Positions 47,435-57,481 are shown, counted from the stretch's first letter. The stretch: 64,000 bases of DNA from a virus (IMGVR_UViG_3300045988_128026:23157-87156), one strand, 5' to 3'. Numbers and translations: made by a program. Notes: a model not told the origin generated them from the letters alone.

Positions 47435-47767
47435 TTACACTCTCTTAATTACTTTTTCTATTTCCTGTGCCAACAGAAAATCATTTATTGCATTTTCATC
47501 GTCAGTAATCAATGTATATTTCCATACTGGGGAACCATGATACGATATATCTTCAACCTTAAATAATGCTCTTTTACCAGTGTTATTTTCTCTATGATCT
47601 GACTCCAATAACTCTGTATGAATTCCCCAACTATCATATAGATGTCCATCGTATAGTATTTGAGCCGCAGCTATTAATATATTATATTTACTCACATCAA
47701 CCTCTGTATTCACTGTTCCGTATAATTTCATTGTTCCAATCTCCTCTCTAATTATTGCACTGTTCAC
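47435..47767 (-). CDS. hypothetical protein
   Basis: ORF track. Confidence 0.3.
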   Translation of the reverse strand: MNSAIIREEIGTMKLYGTVNTEVDVSKYNILIAAAQILYDGHLYDSWGIHTELLESDHRENNTGKRALFKVEDISYHGSPVWKYTLITDDENAINDFLLAQEIEKVIKRV

Positions 47768-47884
47768 GTACTTCTGGTCTAATTTCTACTTCGATTAATT
47801 CCATAATTCTTACTCCTATTCTCTAAATTTAGGCAAAATAAAAAGAAGCCATAAGCTTCTCAATCTCATTCTGTTATTCAATTT

Positions 47885-48349
47885 CTACAATGGTCTAATA
47901 ATATCAGGATTCATGATCAGAATACTATCACAATCCCAACCGTAAAGCTCATAATATAACTCATAATCACCTTTGGATAAATTAAGCTTAATTGCATCAA
48001 CTCCATCTTCGACCATCTTCTCAAAATCTGGCACAACGCCCATTGTATCAAATAAATATTCTGGGAGATATCCCGATAGATCTTGCGTTGGAACCTGCTT
48101 TAAATCGGCTTTCGCTGTCCATTCAACAATATTTGCCGAATCATCCAATGTAAGTTTAAAGTTTTTGTCTAGTTTATCAATTCTAAAATCATTATCAATA
48201 CACCATTTCTCCCACGGCTGATCCGCCTTTATATCCGATGCCCATAAACCTCCAAATGGTTTGTTAATCATGTTTCTGTTCACAATTGACATAAACAACT
48301 CTTTCTCAAACTTATCACTTCCGTAGTGAATATAAATATTTTCTGACAT
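47885..48349 (-). CDS. hypothetical protein
   Basis: ORF track. Confidence 0.3.
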   Translation of the reverse strand: MSENIYIHYGSDKFEKELFMSIVNRNMINKPFGGLWASDIKADQPWEKWCIDNDFRIDKLDKNFKLTLDDSANIVEWTAKADLKQVPTQDLSGYLPEYLFDTMGVVPDFEKMVEDGVDAIKLNLSKGDYELYYELYGWDCDSILIMNPDIIRPL

Positions 48350-48370
48350 TTTTCCATCCTTTCGTCAAAC

Positions 48371-49093
48371 TTATCCTGTCATCTGCTTCTCAAACAACTG
48401 TCTTTCCAACGCACCAAAATCATAATCACGATCACATTCCAAGTGTGCAAGGTTCGTTACCTTTGGCTTTTGTTTAGCGTTCTTCTTAGCCTGATTTCGT
48501 TCCCAGTTTCGTACTGCTGCCTTCCAGTCTTGCATCTTGCTATTGCCCATCATCCAATCTTTGGCTGTGTAATAATCCACAAACTCTTCTGGATCAATCC
48601 CATTGTTTCTTTGTTGACAATATCTGGAGACTTGCTCGCAATCAGGCGGTGTGAATCGCTTTATATTATTATTATTATATTTATTATTATTCTTTACTTT
48701 CTTTTTATGTGTCGCTTCTGCGTCGTTTTGGTGTCGTTTCTGTGTAGCTTGTTCGTCTACAAAACCTTGATAAACACTGTAATTTACTATGGTTATGACC
48801 GTCTTTTTAGTGTCGCTTTTTACATGTATGATACTGTCGTTTTCCAGTGTCTTTAAAAATTTGATAACCTTTGAATTACTCCACCCCCATCGATCACACA
48901 ATCTTCTGATCGAAGTAACCATCGATCCTCACTCGACTATTTCTAAGTTTCCATCAACATACTTAGGTTGATTATTATAACCTGCGAGAATAAGTAAGTC
49001 AATCATTGCTTGTCCTCTGGCAAATGGTTTGTCTTCCCATAGCCAATGATCTGTAATTTTCCGATGGAGTTTGATCCATCCTGTGTTACTCAT
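48371..49093 (-). pseudogene. phage replisome-organizer-like gene interrupted by one in-frame TGA (48930-48932)
   Basis: Translating from ATG 49093 gives MSNTGWIKLHRKITDHWLWEDKPFARGQAMIDLLILAGYNNQPKYVDGNLEIVE-TGA-GSMVTSIRRLCDRWGWSNSKVIKFLKTLENDSII...TVITIVNYSVYQ. The two halves together form the canonical GWIKLHRK...(E-R-G-Q)..S...L...WGWS..KV..FLK.LE..I..TLITI.N...YQ N-terminal domain, and the TGA sits where Arg (CGA) is expected. Confidence 0.5.
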
Positions 49094-49133
49094 GGCATCA
49101 CTCCCCTCTATATATGGAGATAAAATTCTCCTT

Positions 49134-49379
49134 TCACTGTTTTAAATGCTTACCTGTTAATTCATCGATTGCATAATGTGTCATAAATTCATCATAACTC
49201 ATTATACGTTTACCACAGTCACAGCATGTCATACATTTATTATATGTACAGTATTCAATAATTTCTTCATCTTGAAAATGTCCATCAAAACTATATATAT
49301 CGGTTCCAATAGCTTTAAACCTAACAGCCATTCCACGATCACTTCCGCAGTGCGGACATTTTGTTATTGGTTTTCTCAT
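49134..49379 (-). CDS. small zinc-ribbon protein
   Basis: CPHCGS...CCDCGKR. Confidence 0.35.
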   Translation of the reverse strand: MRKPITKCPHCGSDRGMAVRFKAIGTDIYSFDGHFQDEEIIEYCTYNKCMTCCDCGKRIMSYDEFMTHYAIDELTGKHLKQ

Positions 49380-49762
49380 TTAGCATCTCCTTCTAATTCT
49401 ATCTCTTCAATTTCATTCTGTTTAATCCAACGATCAGAAATTTCCGCTAACATATTAATATACGAGATAGGGAAATTTCCATTATAAATTTCTTTTCGTT
49501 CCTTATAAAATTTCAACAACTTATCATCGCTCCAGCTTTTGAACTGATTACTCACGATATTTTCTTTCTTCATATTTTCATGTTCTCGAATCCATCGCTT
49601 GCCGATTTCTTTCAAGACTATATATTGTTCTAAAAAAGTTCTATCGTCTCTTATTCCATGTGATCTTACCTGAATGTCTAACTTTCCCTGCTCCAACAGT
49701 TCATCATCTGTATATTCAAACGTACATTTGTGATCATTCAAATCCACCATTCGTACCACCAC
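49376..49762 (-). CDS. hypothetical protein
   Basis: ORF track. Confidence 0.3.
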   Translation of the reverse strand: MVVRMVDLNDHKCTFEYTDDELLEQGKLDIQVRSHGIRDDRTFLEQYIVLKEIGKRWIREHENMKKENIVSNQFKSWSDDKLLKFYKERKEIYNGNFPISYINMLAEISDRWIKQNEIEEIELEGDAK

Positions 49763-49778
49763 CTATCAAATTTTCGTT

Positions 49779-50507
49779 TTATTCTTCATCAAGTTCCATA
49801 TGATTTACATCAACAGGATTCTCTAATTTTAAAATATCTTCTTTCTGTTCTACAAGAGCTTGTTGAGCTATTGCATTAATTTTATTCTGTGCAAAAGCCT
49901 CGATTTCTCCTTTAGCTTCTGTAATTGTTTTGTCTATCTGATTTTGGAATTGATCAAAGATAAATTTTGAACTAGATTCCATACCTTGAGTCACGTTGGC
50001 AAGTCTTCTCAGGATCATTTCTCGATCGCCTTTTCCAATAGATTTCTTCGTAGTAAAAAGCTCCTTGACTTCATCATAAAATTCTTTTGCATCGCTCATA
50101 CGCTCGTTCATAGACTCTTTAAATTCATTTGTTATCTGCTGTCTTTTATTGATAAAATCCGCTTCGTTAATACGTCCTTTACCACGTAAATATTTAATAG
50201 TACATGGAGTACCTGTTCCAACATTCATAGAAGTAATTAATTCCGCAAATTGTGATTGCGACATTTCTACTTCCAGAATCTCACCTTCTCCAACATACCT
50301 ATCATCATTGAGTCCCCTTATAACCACACCTTCCTTTAATACCATATGGATTGTATCGTTATGCTGAATGCTACTGCCAAATAAATTGCTATGCCCGCCA
50401 TGAGTACGATTGAATGATAACATTCCAAATGATGGGTGTTTATATGATGTTCCAAGAACATCTTCTGATATTATATAATCTCCTTCTTTCCTGGCATTTT
50501 CTCTCAT
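49779..50507 (-). CDS. hypothetical protein
   Basis: ORF track. Confidence 0.3.
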   Translation of the reverse strand: MRENARKEGDYIISEDVLGTSYKHPSFGMLSFNRTHGGHSNLFGSSIQHNDTIHMVLKEGVVIRGLNDDRYVGEGEILEVEMSQSQFAELITSMNVGTGTPCTIKYLRGKGRINEADFINKRQQITNEFKESMNERMSDAKEFYDEVKELFTTKKSIGKGDREMILRRLANVTQGMESSSKFIFDQFQNQIDKTITEAKGEIEAFAQNKINAIAQQALVEQKEDILKLENPVDVNHMELDEE

Positions 50508-50526
50508 TTATCCAACTTCCTTTCTA

Positions 50527-51030
50527 TCAAAGTTTCATTTCATCTATACGATCGTCACATTCCCATACCGCTTCATAGCAGACATCTAATATATCTCTTA
50601 CGATTTGTTTCCTTTGACTTAACTTTGCTTCTCTTTTTTCAATATCCTCTTTATCACGCAATAAATACATATATTTTTGATACGGCATATTTGTATCTGT
50701 TAGTTTTTCTTCTATAGCGATCCTTTCATCAATTACTTTTCTTAGTTTATTACCTAATTCCTTATTCTTGTCTTTAAGCGCTTTGATAATTGCATATCCA
50801 TACATCCTTTGATATTTAGACTCAAATTTTCCATCTTTGAATTCATAACGATCCTCAACCTTACAAGCATCTAAAATCTTATCTCCGTTTTCTCTGCACT
50901 CATTTAACAATTCTAATAAACTCTGTTCATTATCAAATGTCGCATAGCCAATTCCATCCTCTTTTGTTTCATAAACACACATATATGGTTTTTCTGATGT
51001 ATATGCTTTAGATTTTTCCATTTTAAACAC
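50527..51030 (-). CDS. hypothetical protein
   Basis: ORF track. Confidence 0.3.
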   Translation of the reverse strand: MFKMEKSKAYTSEKPYMCVYETKEDGIGYATFDNEQSLLELLNECRENGDKILDACKVEDRYEFKDGKFESKYQRMYGYAIIKALKDKNKELGNKLRKVIDERIAIEEKLTDTNMPYQKYMYLLRDKEDIEKREAKLSQRKQIVRDILDVCYEAVWECDDRIDEMKL

Positions 51031-51045
51031 TCCTTTTTAATTCCT

Positions 51046-51402
51046 TTATTTCTTACAAGCTACAATGCAAGTTAGCTCTTTAAAGAACGGTTGATCTTTA
51101 ACCTGATTTAATAAATAATATACATCCAAATTGATCATATCTTTTTCGGATTTATCTATACTATATATTATTAAATATTCCAGTTTGTCACTCCAATTCT
51201 CAACAATTCCTAAATATTTTTCCATTTCCTCTTTAATGCTCTGCGAATCATCTAAAATAAAATTATCACATCTTGAAAACAGACTGCGAGAAATATTTTC
51301 ATCTTCAAATATGATTACAAAACATTTTTCTGATCGAGAACTATCAATAAAATCACTGAGAAATTTAGATTTTCCGTTCCCTTTTAATGTTAATATATTC
51401 AT
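51046..51402 (-). CDS. hypothetical protein with P-loop-like TLKGNGKSKF
   Basis: ORF track; weak Walker-A resemblance only. Confidence 0.3.
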   Translation of the reverse strand: MNILTLKGNGKSKFLSDFIDSSRSEKCFVIIFEDENISRSLFSRCDNFILDDSQSIKEEMEKYLGIVENWSDKLEYLIIYSIDKSEKDMINLDVYYLLNQVKDQPFFKELTCIVACKK

Positions 51403-51440
51403 TTTTCCATCACTCCTTCTGATCGAATATTTGTTTTATT

Positions 51441-51926
51441 CTAGTATCCAATATTCGTTTCCTTTTCTAATTCTGCTACAAAATTGTCCAATTTCTCATA
51501 TTTATCAATAATGTACAACACTTCTTCTTTAGTCAAAAGTCGCCATTCGCCAGTTTTATCATTCTTAAATTGTAATTTTCTATTTATGCGATTAATCCAT
51601 ACAGGAATTCCAAATGTTATTCCAGAGTATTTATCCATTAAATACAAACATTTGTCAACCACCTTCCTATATTCCTTGGCTTCTTCTTTTCTTTTTTCTA
51701 ATTTATTCATCAATTTTCCACCTTCATTATTATCTTGATTACACATCAATTGGAACAATTCTTCATAACACTCAGAACACAAATAAATCGGCTGTGTGCT
51801 AGTATATTTTCCATTCTTATATTCAAACACAATCTTCTTCATACTCTTATCATTGTCAGAATACTTCCTACATTCAACACATGATCCAAATTCATCTGGC
51901 AAATTTGCCACATTATATATTTTCAT
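51441..51926 (-). CDS. hypothetical protein
   Basis: ORF track; CVECRK...CSECYEE Cys pairs. Confidence 0.3.
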   Translation of the reverse strand: MKIYNVANLPDEFGSCVECRKYSDNDKSMKKIVFEYKNGKYTSTQPIYLCSECYEELFQLMCNQDNNEGGKLMNKLEKRKEEAKEYRKVVDKCLYLMDKYSGITFGIPVWINRINRKLQFKNDKTGEWRLLTKEEVLYIIDKYEKLDNFVAELEKETNIGY

Positions 51927-51943
51927 AATTATATCACACCTTT

Positions 51944-53038
51944 CTATTCTTCTGAAATAATTTCCACCGCAGCTTCATAGAATCTATTATATAAAGTTGC
52001 ATTGGTTTTAATAAGCTGAGATTTAGACAGCCCATGAGCATATTCATCCCAGTTAACACCATTCTCTGTCATCTTGGTATAGATTTTCCGATAAACAGAC
52101 GTTCCACCTTTAGATTTATTTCCAATATGATTAGCATAATTGGTAATCTTAATCTTCATTTCATCCCAATCAGGCTGTGCGTTCTCTTTTCGGAACTGTC
52201 GCAGAAGTTTTTCCAATGAATTAACCAATAGGTCAGGATATTTGTCATAGCAAAGATCAATCGTTGGTACATTACCTCTTTCCCCGATATTATACTTCTC
52301 TTTGTATTCTTTCCGATCCTGTTCCCACACAATTCCATATGTGTTAGTAAGATACCTGTATGTTTCTTTAAGAATATCTCTTGTAGTAGTTCCTAGTTCG
52401 TCAGATTCTTTTAGAATATCATCAATGATAGAGTAGACATTAGATTTCCATTCATTGAGCTTGTATTCTGCGATAACACTTTCCGTATCCACTACTGGAA
52501 TATCTTTCGTAGGCTTGCCGATCTGCTTATATAATTCTTTCCGCTCCGCTTTCATTTCTTTAACAATGTCTGCCAGCTGATTAAATCCTTTAATAGTAAC
52601 CTTATACAGGCGTTCGTTGTTTCTTTCCATCTGTTTCATAAGTTCTGTCTGTTCTGTAAGAAACTGTTCTACTGTTGTTACTGGAGTTCCTATTCTTAAA
52701 TTTCCATGACGATAAGCTGCAATCACGTCCCATACCCAATCCATAAAAGCATTTGCCTTCGGTTGTCTGCTCCATCTGCAAATTTCCATCACACCACGTT
52801 CACTATAAAGTGTAGTATCATACTTCTTGTTATCAGTAGCCCCCAGTTTGAGGGTAACTGAATATTTATCCAGTCTACCTCTATACCTATTATGCAAATT
52901 ATCAATTGCTTTCTGTGGATCACTGTATTCCAGTGCCTCTCCGATCTGTTTTCTTGTCATCCAAATATCGTCCTCAGCACTATAAAAATCACACGTTATA
53001 TCGTTAAAATTTTCCGTTTTTACTAACTGTAGGTTCAT
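51944..53038 (-). CDS. BRO-N domain protein (anti-repressor-like)
   Basis: N-terminal ...CDFYSAEDDIWMTRKQIGEALEY and RWSRQPKANAFMDWVWDVIAAYRHG match the BRO-N pattern shared with 41604-42434. Confidence 0.55.
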   Translation of the reverse strand: MNLQLVKTENFNDITCDFYSAEDDIWMTRKQIGEALEYSDPQKAIDNLHNRYRGRLDKYSVTLKLGATDNKKYDTTLYSERGVMEICRWSRQPKANAFMDWVWDVIAAYRHGNLRIGTPVTTVEQFLTEQTELMKQMERNNERLYKVTIKGFNQLADIVKEMKAERKELYKQIGKPTKDIPVVDTESVIAEYKLNEWKSNVYSIIDDILKESDELGTTTRDILKETYRYLTNTYGIVWEQDRKEYKEKYNIGERGNVPTIDLCYDKYPDLLVNSLEKLLRQFRKENAQPDWDEMKIKITNYANHIGNKSKGGTSVYRKIYTKMTENGVNWDEYAHGLSKSQLIKTNATLYNRFYEAAVEIISEE

Positions 53039-53099
53039 TCTTTATCTTCCTTTCTAAACTGTCTTATTTTTCTCTATACTCATTATTTTTATATAGCTG

Positions 53100-53230
53100 T
53101 ATTCCGTAAACTAATAGAAATAAAATCAACATTTAATTCCAACTATTAGTGTGCCAATCCTAATAGAAACCTATTCTATTCCTATTAGTTCTCTATGTAA
53201 TTAACACCTTACCTATTAACAATTCTATGC
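53100..53230. promoter_or_regulatory. cluster of CTAATAG / CTATTAG motifs (at least 2 direct + 2 inverted) in a 320-nt noncoding region
   Basis: aaactaatagaaat, caactattagtgtg, cctaatagaaacc, cctattagttctc read directly. Confidence 0.35.
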
Positions 53231-53267
53231 TTAGTTAATCATTAATTTGTGTATAATAAATTTGACA

Positions 53268-53345
53268 AAGAACCGACCTGCCAAATCGGTTCCTGCCAAA
53301 TATTTCCGTAAAACAAAAAGAACCTTCCGTTCGGTTCTTTGCCAA
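53268..53345 (-). terminator. two tandem hairpins with GAACCG/CGGTTC stems; the second (AAAGAACC-loop-GGTTCTTT followed by TTGTTTTAC on minus strand) is an intrinsic-terminator candidate
   Basis: Read on minus strand immediately downstream of the 53361-53606 gene. Confidence 0.45.
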
Positions 53346-53360
53346 AATTATTATATGGAA

Positions 53361-53606
53361 TTAAATCAGCTGATAAATAAGCATTCCGAAAGCTACGATA
53401 ACCCATAATGTCGTAATTGCTTTCATAGGCTTCATAATAGCTTCTAATATTTCCTCTAATACGTCTATATATTTGCTTAAATATACCTTATTATGTTCAC
53501 GATCAATTTTTCTTAGCGATAACCAAGCTAGGAAAACAATCACATATAACACAAAAGATATTCCGCAGAACTGTTCAAAGAAATGAATAATCTGTTCTAA
53601 TTCCAT
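53361..53606 (-). CDS. small membrane protein
   Basis: Two hydrophobic helices (ISFVLYVIVFLAWLSL; TLWVIVAFGMLIYQLI). Confidence 0.35.
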   Translation of the reverse strand: MELEQIIHFFEQFCGISFVLYVIVFLAWLSLRKIDREHNKVYLSKYIDVLEEILEAIMKPMKAITTLWVIVAFGMLIYQLI

Positions 53607-54949
53607 ACTTCATCAGCCTCATCTTCATTATCATATAAATTTTCCACTGGTGCTGTCTGTTGGAACATATCTGTTGGAGATAGGTTTCTAGCTTCACACA
53701 TTGCACAAAAGACTTTCATTACCTTATCCCATTCATGTTCTTGAATCCACTGAAGAAATGGTTTCTTACCACGTTTCTTAACATCAATCTGATATTTGTA
53801 TTGCAAGTTCTTATAAAGCTCGTTCCACATAACAGAGAATTGTGTTCCTGTAACGGCAGCCAACTTCCTAATTCCAGCGTTCATCTTATTGCGATCATCC
53901 CACGTCAAAATTTCCGCTGCTAATAGCTTATTATCATTCTGTAACTTCTGATTCTCTTCTTTGAGTTCTTTGTTTTGTGTTCGCAGATCGGTTACCATAG
54001 CAAGCTTGACATCCTCAGAAAATGACGGGAAGTAGTGTTCAATGAACTGTGACTCTTTTCCAAAGTCAACCGCACCGCCTGTCTTACGAATGTTTCTAAG
54101 ATATTCTTTAATCTGTTTCTTCATCTGCTTTGCAATCGGTTTGCGTGACTGCATACATACTTCATAGAGTCCATCTTCTGTCAGAAACCAAAATGGATTA
54201 ATAGTCTTTCCCGTAGAATCAATCTGACCTAAATTTGACCCGCCAACATTATTGGCGGTTAAGATTTTGGTCTTATATTTTTCCTCTGAATCAATCGCCT
54301 GTAACATCATATCTGTTTTATAACTTCCATCAGGACGTTTACTATAATCAATCCATTCTGCAACATCTCTTGCCAAGAATAACGGATCTTCAATGCTTCT
54401 GTATAAGTCAATTCTTCTACCTAAAATTTCCGTTGTGTCTACAAGCTGCACACCTGCCTCTACCTGCTCTTGTTCTCTCTGCTCTTCCATCGTGATGTAC
54501 TCATTAATAAAAACATAATGTCTTACGTTCTCAGCAAGGCTTGAAGTTTCCATCAGTAAAGACAATCTGATCAAACATTTAAGAGTAAACACCTTAGCAC
54601 CCTTATAGCCGAATGAGATATTCAATCCGTTCGGATACGTTACAATGATTCTTCCCTTCTGTTTTTCCGTTGTTGCGTCCTGACCGTCAATGATTTCTTG
54701 TATTGTCTTAACTTCCATTCCATCGTCTAAAAACTCTTTGCGATACTTCGTACACAATCTCTTAACCTCGTCAACATCTCCATCAAAAAATCGTGCTACC
54801 TGTTCCGTAGTGATATAATCTCGTCCAGGGAGCCACGGAATCGGCTTGATCGTAACTTGTTTTAAAAGCTCCGTGTTCTGCACTAACTCATCCCTCTTTG
54901 CTTTATCCAAAATTGGATCGCAAGGGATTTCCATTTCGTTTAGATTCAT
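53597..54949 (-). CDS. BRO-N domain-containing protein (anti-repressor-like)
   Basis: Internal MQSRKPIAKQMKKQIKEYLRNIRKTGGAV matches the BRO-N family; start moved to the ATG preceded by AAGGTGG. Confidence 0.45.
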   Translation of the reverse strand: MNLNEMEIPCDPILDKAKRDELVQNTELLKQVTIKPIPWLPGRDYITTEQVARFFDGDVDEVKRLCTKYRKEFLDDGMEVKTIQEIIDGQDATTEKQKGRIIVTYPNGLNISFGYKGAKVFTLKCLIRLSLLMETSSLAENVRHYVFINEYITMEEQREQEQVEAGVQLVDTTEILGRRIDLYRSIEDPLFLARDVAEWIDYSKRPDGSYKTDMMLQAIDSEEKYKTKILTANNVGGSNLGQIDSTGKTINPFWFLTEDGLYEVCMQSRKPIAKQMKKQIKEYLRNIRKTGGAVDFGKESQFIEHYFPSFSEDVKLAMVTDLRTQNKELKEENQKLQNDNKLLAAEILTWDDRNKMNAGIRKLAAVTGTQFSVMWNELYKNLQYKYQIDVKKRGKKPFLQWIQEHEWDKVMKVFCAMCEARNLSPTDMFQQTAPVENLYDNEDEADEVWN

Positions 54950-55042
54950 AATTAATTCCACCTTTCTTATGTAAAAATTTGTATTAAAAAAGACACTCTG
55001 GAATTTTCCATAAGTGTCCTAGTTACCTATATTAATTTGTAT

Positions 55043-55564
55043 TCATTCTAATTCTAGTTCATCAATTTCTGGCGTATCGGAATGATCCATTTCCCTTAGT
55101 TCTTCGATACTTGTTCCAAGCAAAGTAAGAGCCGACTTAAATCGTTTAGGATCAATATATCCTGTAGGTCTATGCCAAAAATTTTTAGCAAAATTGTGAT
55201 CTTCTTTTTCCAATTCATATGCTATGTGATCGGCTTTATCATACAATAGCCTTGCTCGTGTTGGCAGTTTCATCGGTTCATATCCTCTACTCTGCTGTCT
55301 GTAATCTTCTATTATGTTATCCCAACTAAGATCATCAGGAATCTTTTCTATTATATATACTTCTTGTAATGCTTCTTCAGGTACATCAGGATAATGAATT
55401 AGAGCATACCTCTCTTTTCCATTCTTAACATATTTATATACTTCATGTTCAAGATCTGGAAGTGCTACATATTCTAATCCGTTTTTCTTTAGTCCATCTA
55501 CCCAGTTTGTTTCTGTAAATGTCTGAACCCATACATCTTTCCCATAATGCTTGAATTTATTCAT
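55043..55564 (-). CDS. hypothetical protein
   Basis: ORF track; start moved to the third in-frame ATG (RBS GGAAGGAG at a sensible spacing). Confidence 0.3.
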   Translation of the reverse strand: MNKFKHYGKDVWVQTFTETNWVDGLKKNGLEYVALPDLEHEVYKYVKNGKERYALIHYPDVPEEALQEVYIIEKIPDDLSWDNIIEDYRQQSRGYEPMKLPTRARLLYDKADHIAYELEKEDHNFAKNFWHRPTGYIDPKRFKSALTLLGTSIEELREMDHSDTPEIDELELE

Positions 55565-55622
55565 ATTCATAACTCCTTCCATATATAATCTGCTTTATCA
55601 AATAATATTTTCCATTCTATCT

Positions 55623-55788
55623 TCAGTTCCAAAGATCGGAAAAGAACTTATAAATTCCATACAGAATAGCAACAAATGCTATAACCATTAAAATTCCATA
55701 GCCACCACCTAAGATAGCTCCTAACATATATTCCAAACTATCCTCTGGAACGATAAATATAATTATTAATAATAAAACAAATGGCATA
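55623..55788 (-). CDS. small membrane protein (54 aa, below ORF-track cutoff)
   Basis: My own translation MPFVLLLIIIFIVPEDSLEYMLGAILGGGYGILMVIAFVAILYGIYKFFSDLWN; RBS AAAGGAGAG 8 nt upstream. Confidence 0.4.
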
Positions 55789-55894
55789 ATTTACTCTCCT
55801 TTGCTCTGTTCTTTAAGTTTTTTGTTTGTCTTGTATCTCAACTAATATGTATATATTATCATCTTCTCTGACTGTAGTAAACAGTCCATAAAAA

Positions 55895-56089
55895 TTACAC
55901 TTCGCTTTCCTCTACCTCACTTGCAAATAACTCGTACTCATAGTCGTAACCACCGCCATCACAAGGAATATCAATATCTCCTGTATTAATCTTTTCCGCT
56001 ACAATATTTCTTGCTTCATCCTCTGTTTCTGCTTTAATTTCAACTGATCTCTTATATGTTTCTACAACATCTATTATATATTTTTTCAT
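55895..56089 (-). CDS. hypothetical protein
   Basis: ORF track; start at second ATG. Confidence 0.3.
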   Translation of the reverse strand: MKKYIIDVVETYKRSVEIKAETEDEARNIVAEKINTGDIDIPCDGGGYDYEYELFASEVEESEV

Positions 56090-56128
56090 GTAAATTTCCA
56101 TCCTTCCTACAATAGAATTGACATTCTA

Positions 56129-56380
56129 TTAATTAATAGATCCATCTGCATTGACCAATCTATTTTCCATATCTGCGTTGTTATCTGCAATATTCTGCAA
56201 TACATAAAACAGAGAATCATCCGCTTTAGACAATTTTCCGATTGCCTTAGATAAATTTCCAATGCTTTCAGTTAACATTTTCATATCTTCTTTACAATCA
56301 TCTACGAACGTGTCATAGTCCATTCCCAAAGACATATTGAATAAGATGTTTGCAATTCTTTTTACTTCGTTATTTTCCAT
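56129..56380 (-). CDS. hypothetical protein
   Basis: ORF track; RBS AGGAGAG. Confidence 0.3.
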   Translation of the reverse strand: MENNEVKRIANILFNMSLGMDYDTFVDDCKEDMKMLTESIGNLSKAIGKLSKADDSLFYVLQNIADNNADMENRLVNADGSIN

Positions 56381-56394
56381 AACTAATCACTCTC

Positions 56395-57039
56395 CTATTC
56401 CCTAATCTCGTTTGCAATGTCATTTCTTGTGCCTCTAATAGAGCATCCTTCTGTATCATGTCGCATCAGGATCTCGTAAATCTGTTCTTCTTCTTCCTCT
56501 GTTAGAGAAAATCCTCCCCAGTATCCATAATCATTCTCTCCGTGACACATAACGATTCCGATAATTTCCTGTTTTGTTTCTGTATTCATAATTCTTCCAT
56601 CCTGTTCTTCTACGTCAATCCATTCTGGTTCTCCATCAATGTAACATCCGCAATCTTCTGCCCCAAACTCTAATTCAGTAGGGTTAAAAGTGATATTATC
56701 CATCATGTATGTTTTAATTTCATTTTTTGTAAGATCTACATTGTATTTTTCTGCAACCGCTGTGTAAAAATCATCAAGTATATACGCATCAGGGTTTTCC
56801 ATGATACCGCTAATACTAAATTCTTCTGCATAATATTTTCCGTTGATTTCTACGATGTCACGCCATGTGAATTTGTGTTCCTTAAATTCATTAATAATGT
56901 CACTTGCAATCATTCCAATAATCGGCTGTTTTCCGCATTGCTGTCGTTCTAGCTCGCAGTTAACTAATTCCAATACATCAATATCCAGTCCGTTCTCTGT
57001 TTTTACGATTGCACTATAATAATCTCTATATTTGTTCAT
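56395..57039 (-). CDS. hypothetical protein
   Basis: ORF track; start at the ATG after GAGGTGGAAATT (track uses an upstream TTG). Confidence 0.3.
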   Translation of the reverse strand: MNKYRDYYSAIVKTENGLDIDVLELVNCELERQQCGKQPIIGMIASDIINEFKEHKFTWRDIVEINGKYYAEEFSISGIMENPDAYILDDFYTAVAEKYNVDLTKNEIKTYMMDNITFNPTELEFGAEDCGCYIDGEPEWIDVEEQDGRIMNTETKQEIIGIVMCHGENDYGYWGGFSLTEEEEEQIYEILMRHDTEGCSIRGTRNDIANEIRE

Positions 57040-57148
57040 AATTTCCACCTCATATCTTTCTTCCAAATCTGCATTTTTTTTCCATCAAAAAAGGAAGATA
57101 CATCTCTGCATCTTCCTAGATTACTTTGTTCTTGTATTAAATTTTCCG

Positions 57149-57481
57149 TTATTCTTTTTCCCCAATAAGCTGGATGATGCAACCAAAATCTCCAGCACGA
57201 TATACTCTAATCTGATCCGCCCTATAATCTGCTGTCAATCCTTCATCGTCATAAATCTTAAGCCATGCCTTGAAGCCTGATGATGTTTCATATTCCATCT
57301 CTAATGTATAGTGATCTCCGATCGTTGCGTTCTCGTCCACGATATAAGCATTATATCTTCCATCACAACCAAAGTCTAAAATCTTTGCTTCTAATCCGTT
57401 CTTTGTTATTCCAACAAAAGTTAATGCTGCAATGTCGCTGTCTCCGATAAATACTTTCTCGTATTCTTTATATGATTTCAT
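57149..57481 (-). CDS. hypothetical protein
   Basis: ORF track; start at the ATG after AAGGTGGTGGAAAAT. Confidence 0.3.
   Translation of the reverse strand: MKSYKEYEKVFIGDSDIAALTFVGITKNGLEAKILDFGCDGRYNAYIVDENATIGDHYTLEMEYETSSGFKAWLKIYDDEGLTADYRADQIRVYRAGDFGCIIQLIGEKE

Noticed and set aside
48650-48710. AT-rich simple repeats (ttattattattatta...) that could be a CRISPR array or microsatellite.
   Set aside because: They lie inside the 183-aa ORF and encode a poly-Asn/Lys stretch (NNNKYNNNNIKRF); there is no repeat-spacer periodicity. No CRISPR array was seen anywhere in the window.
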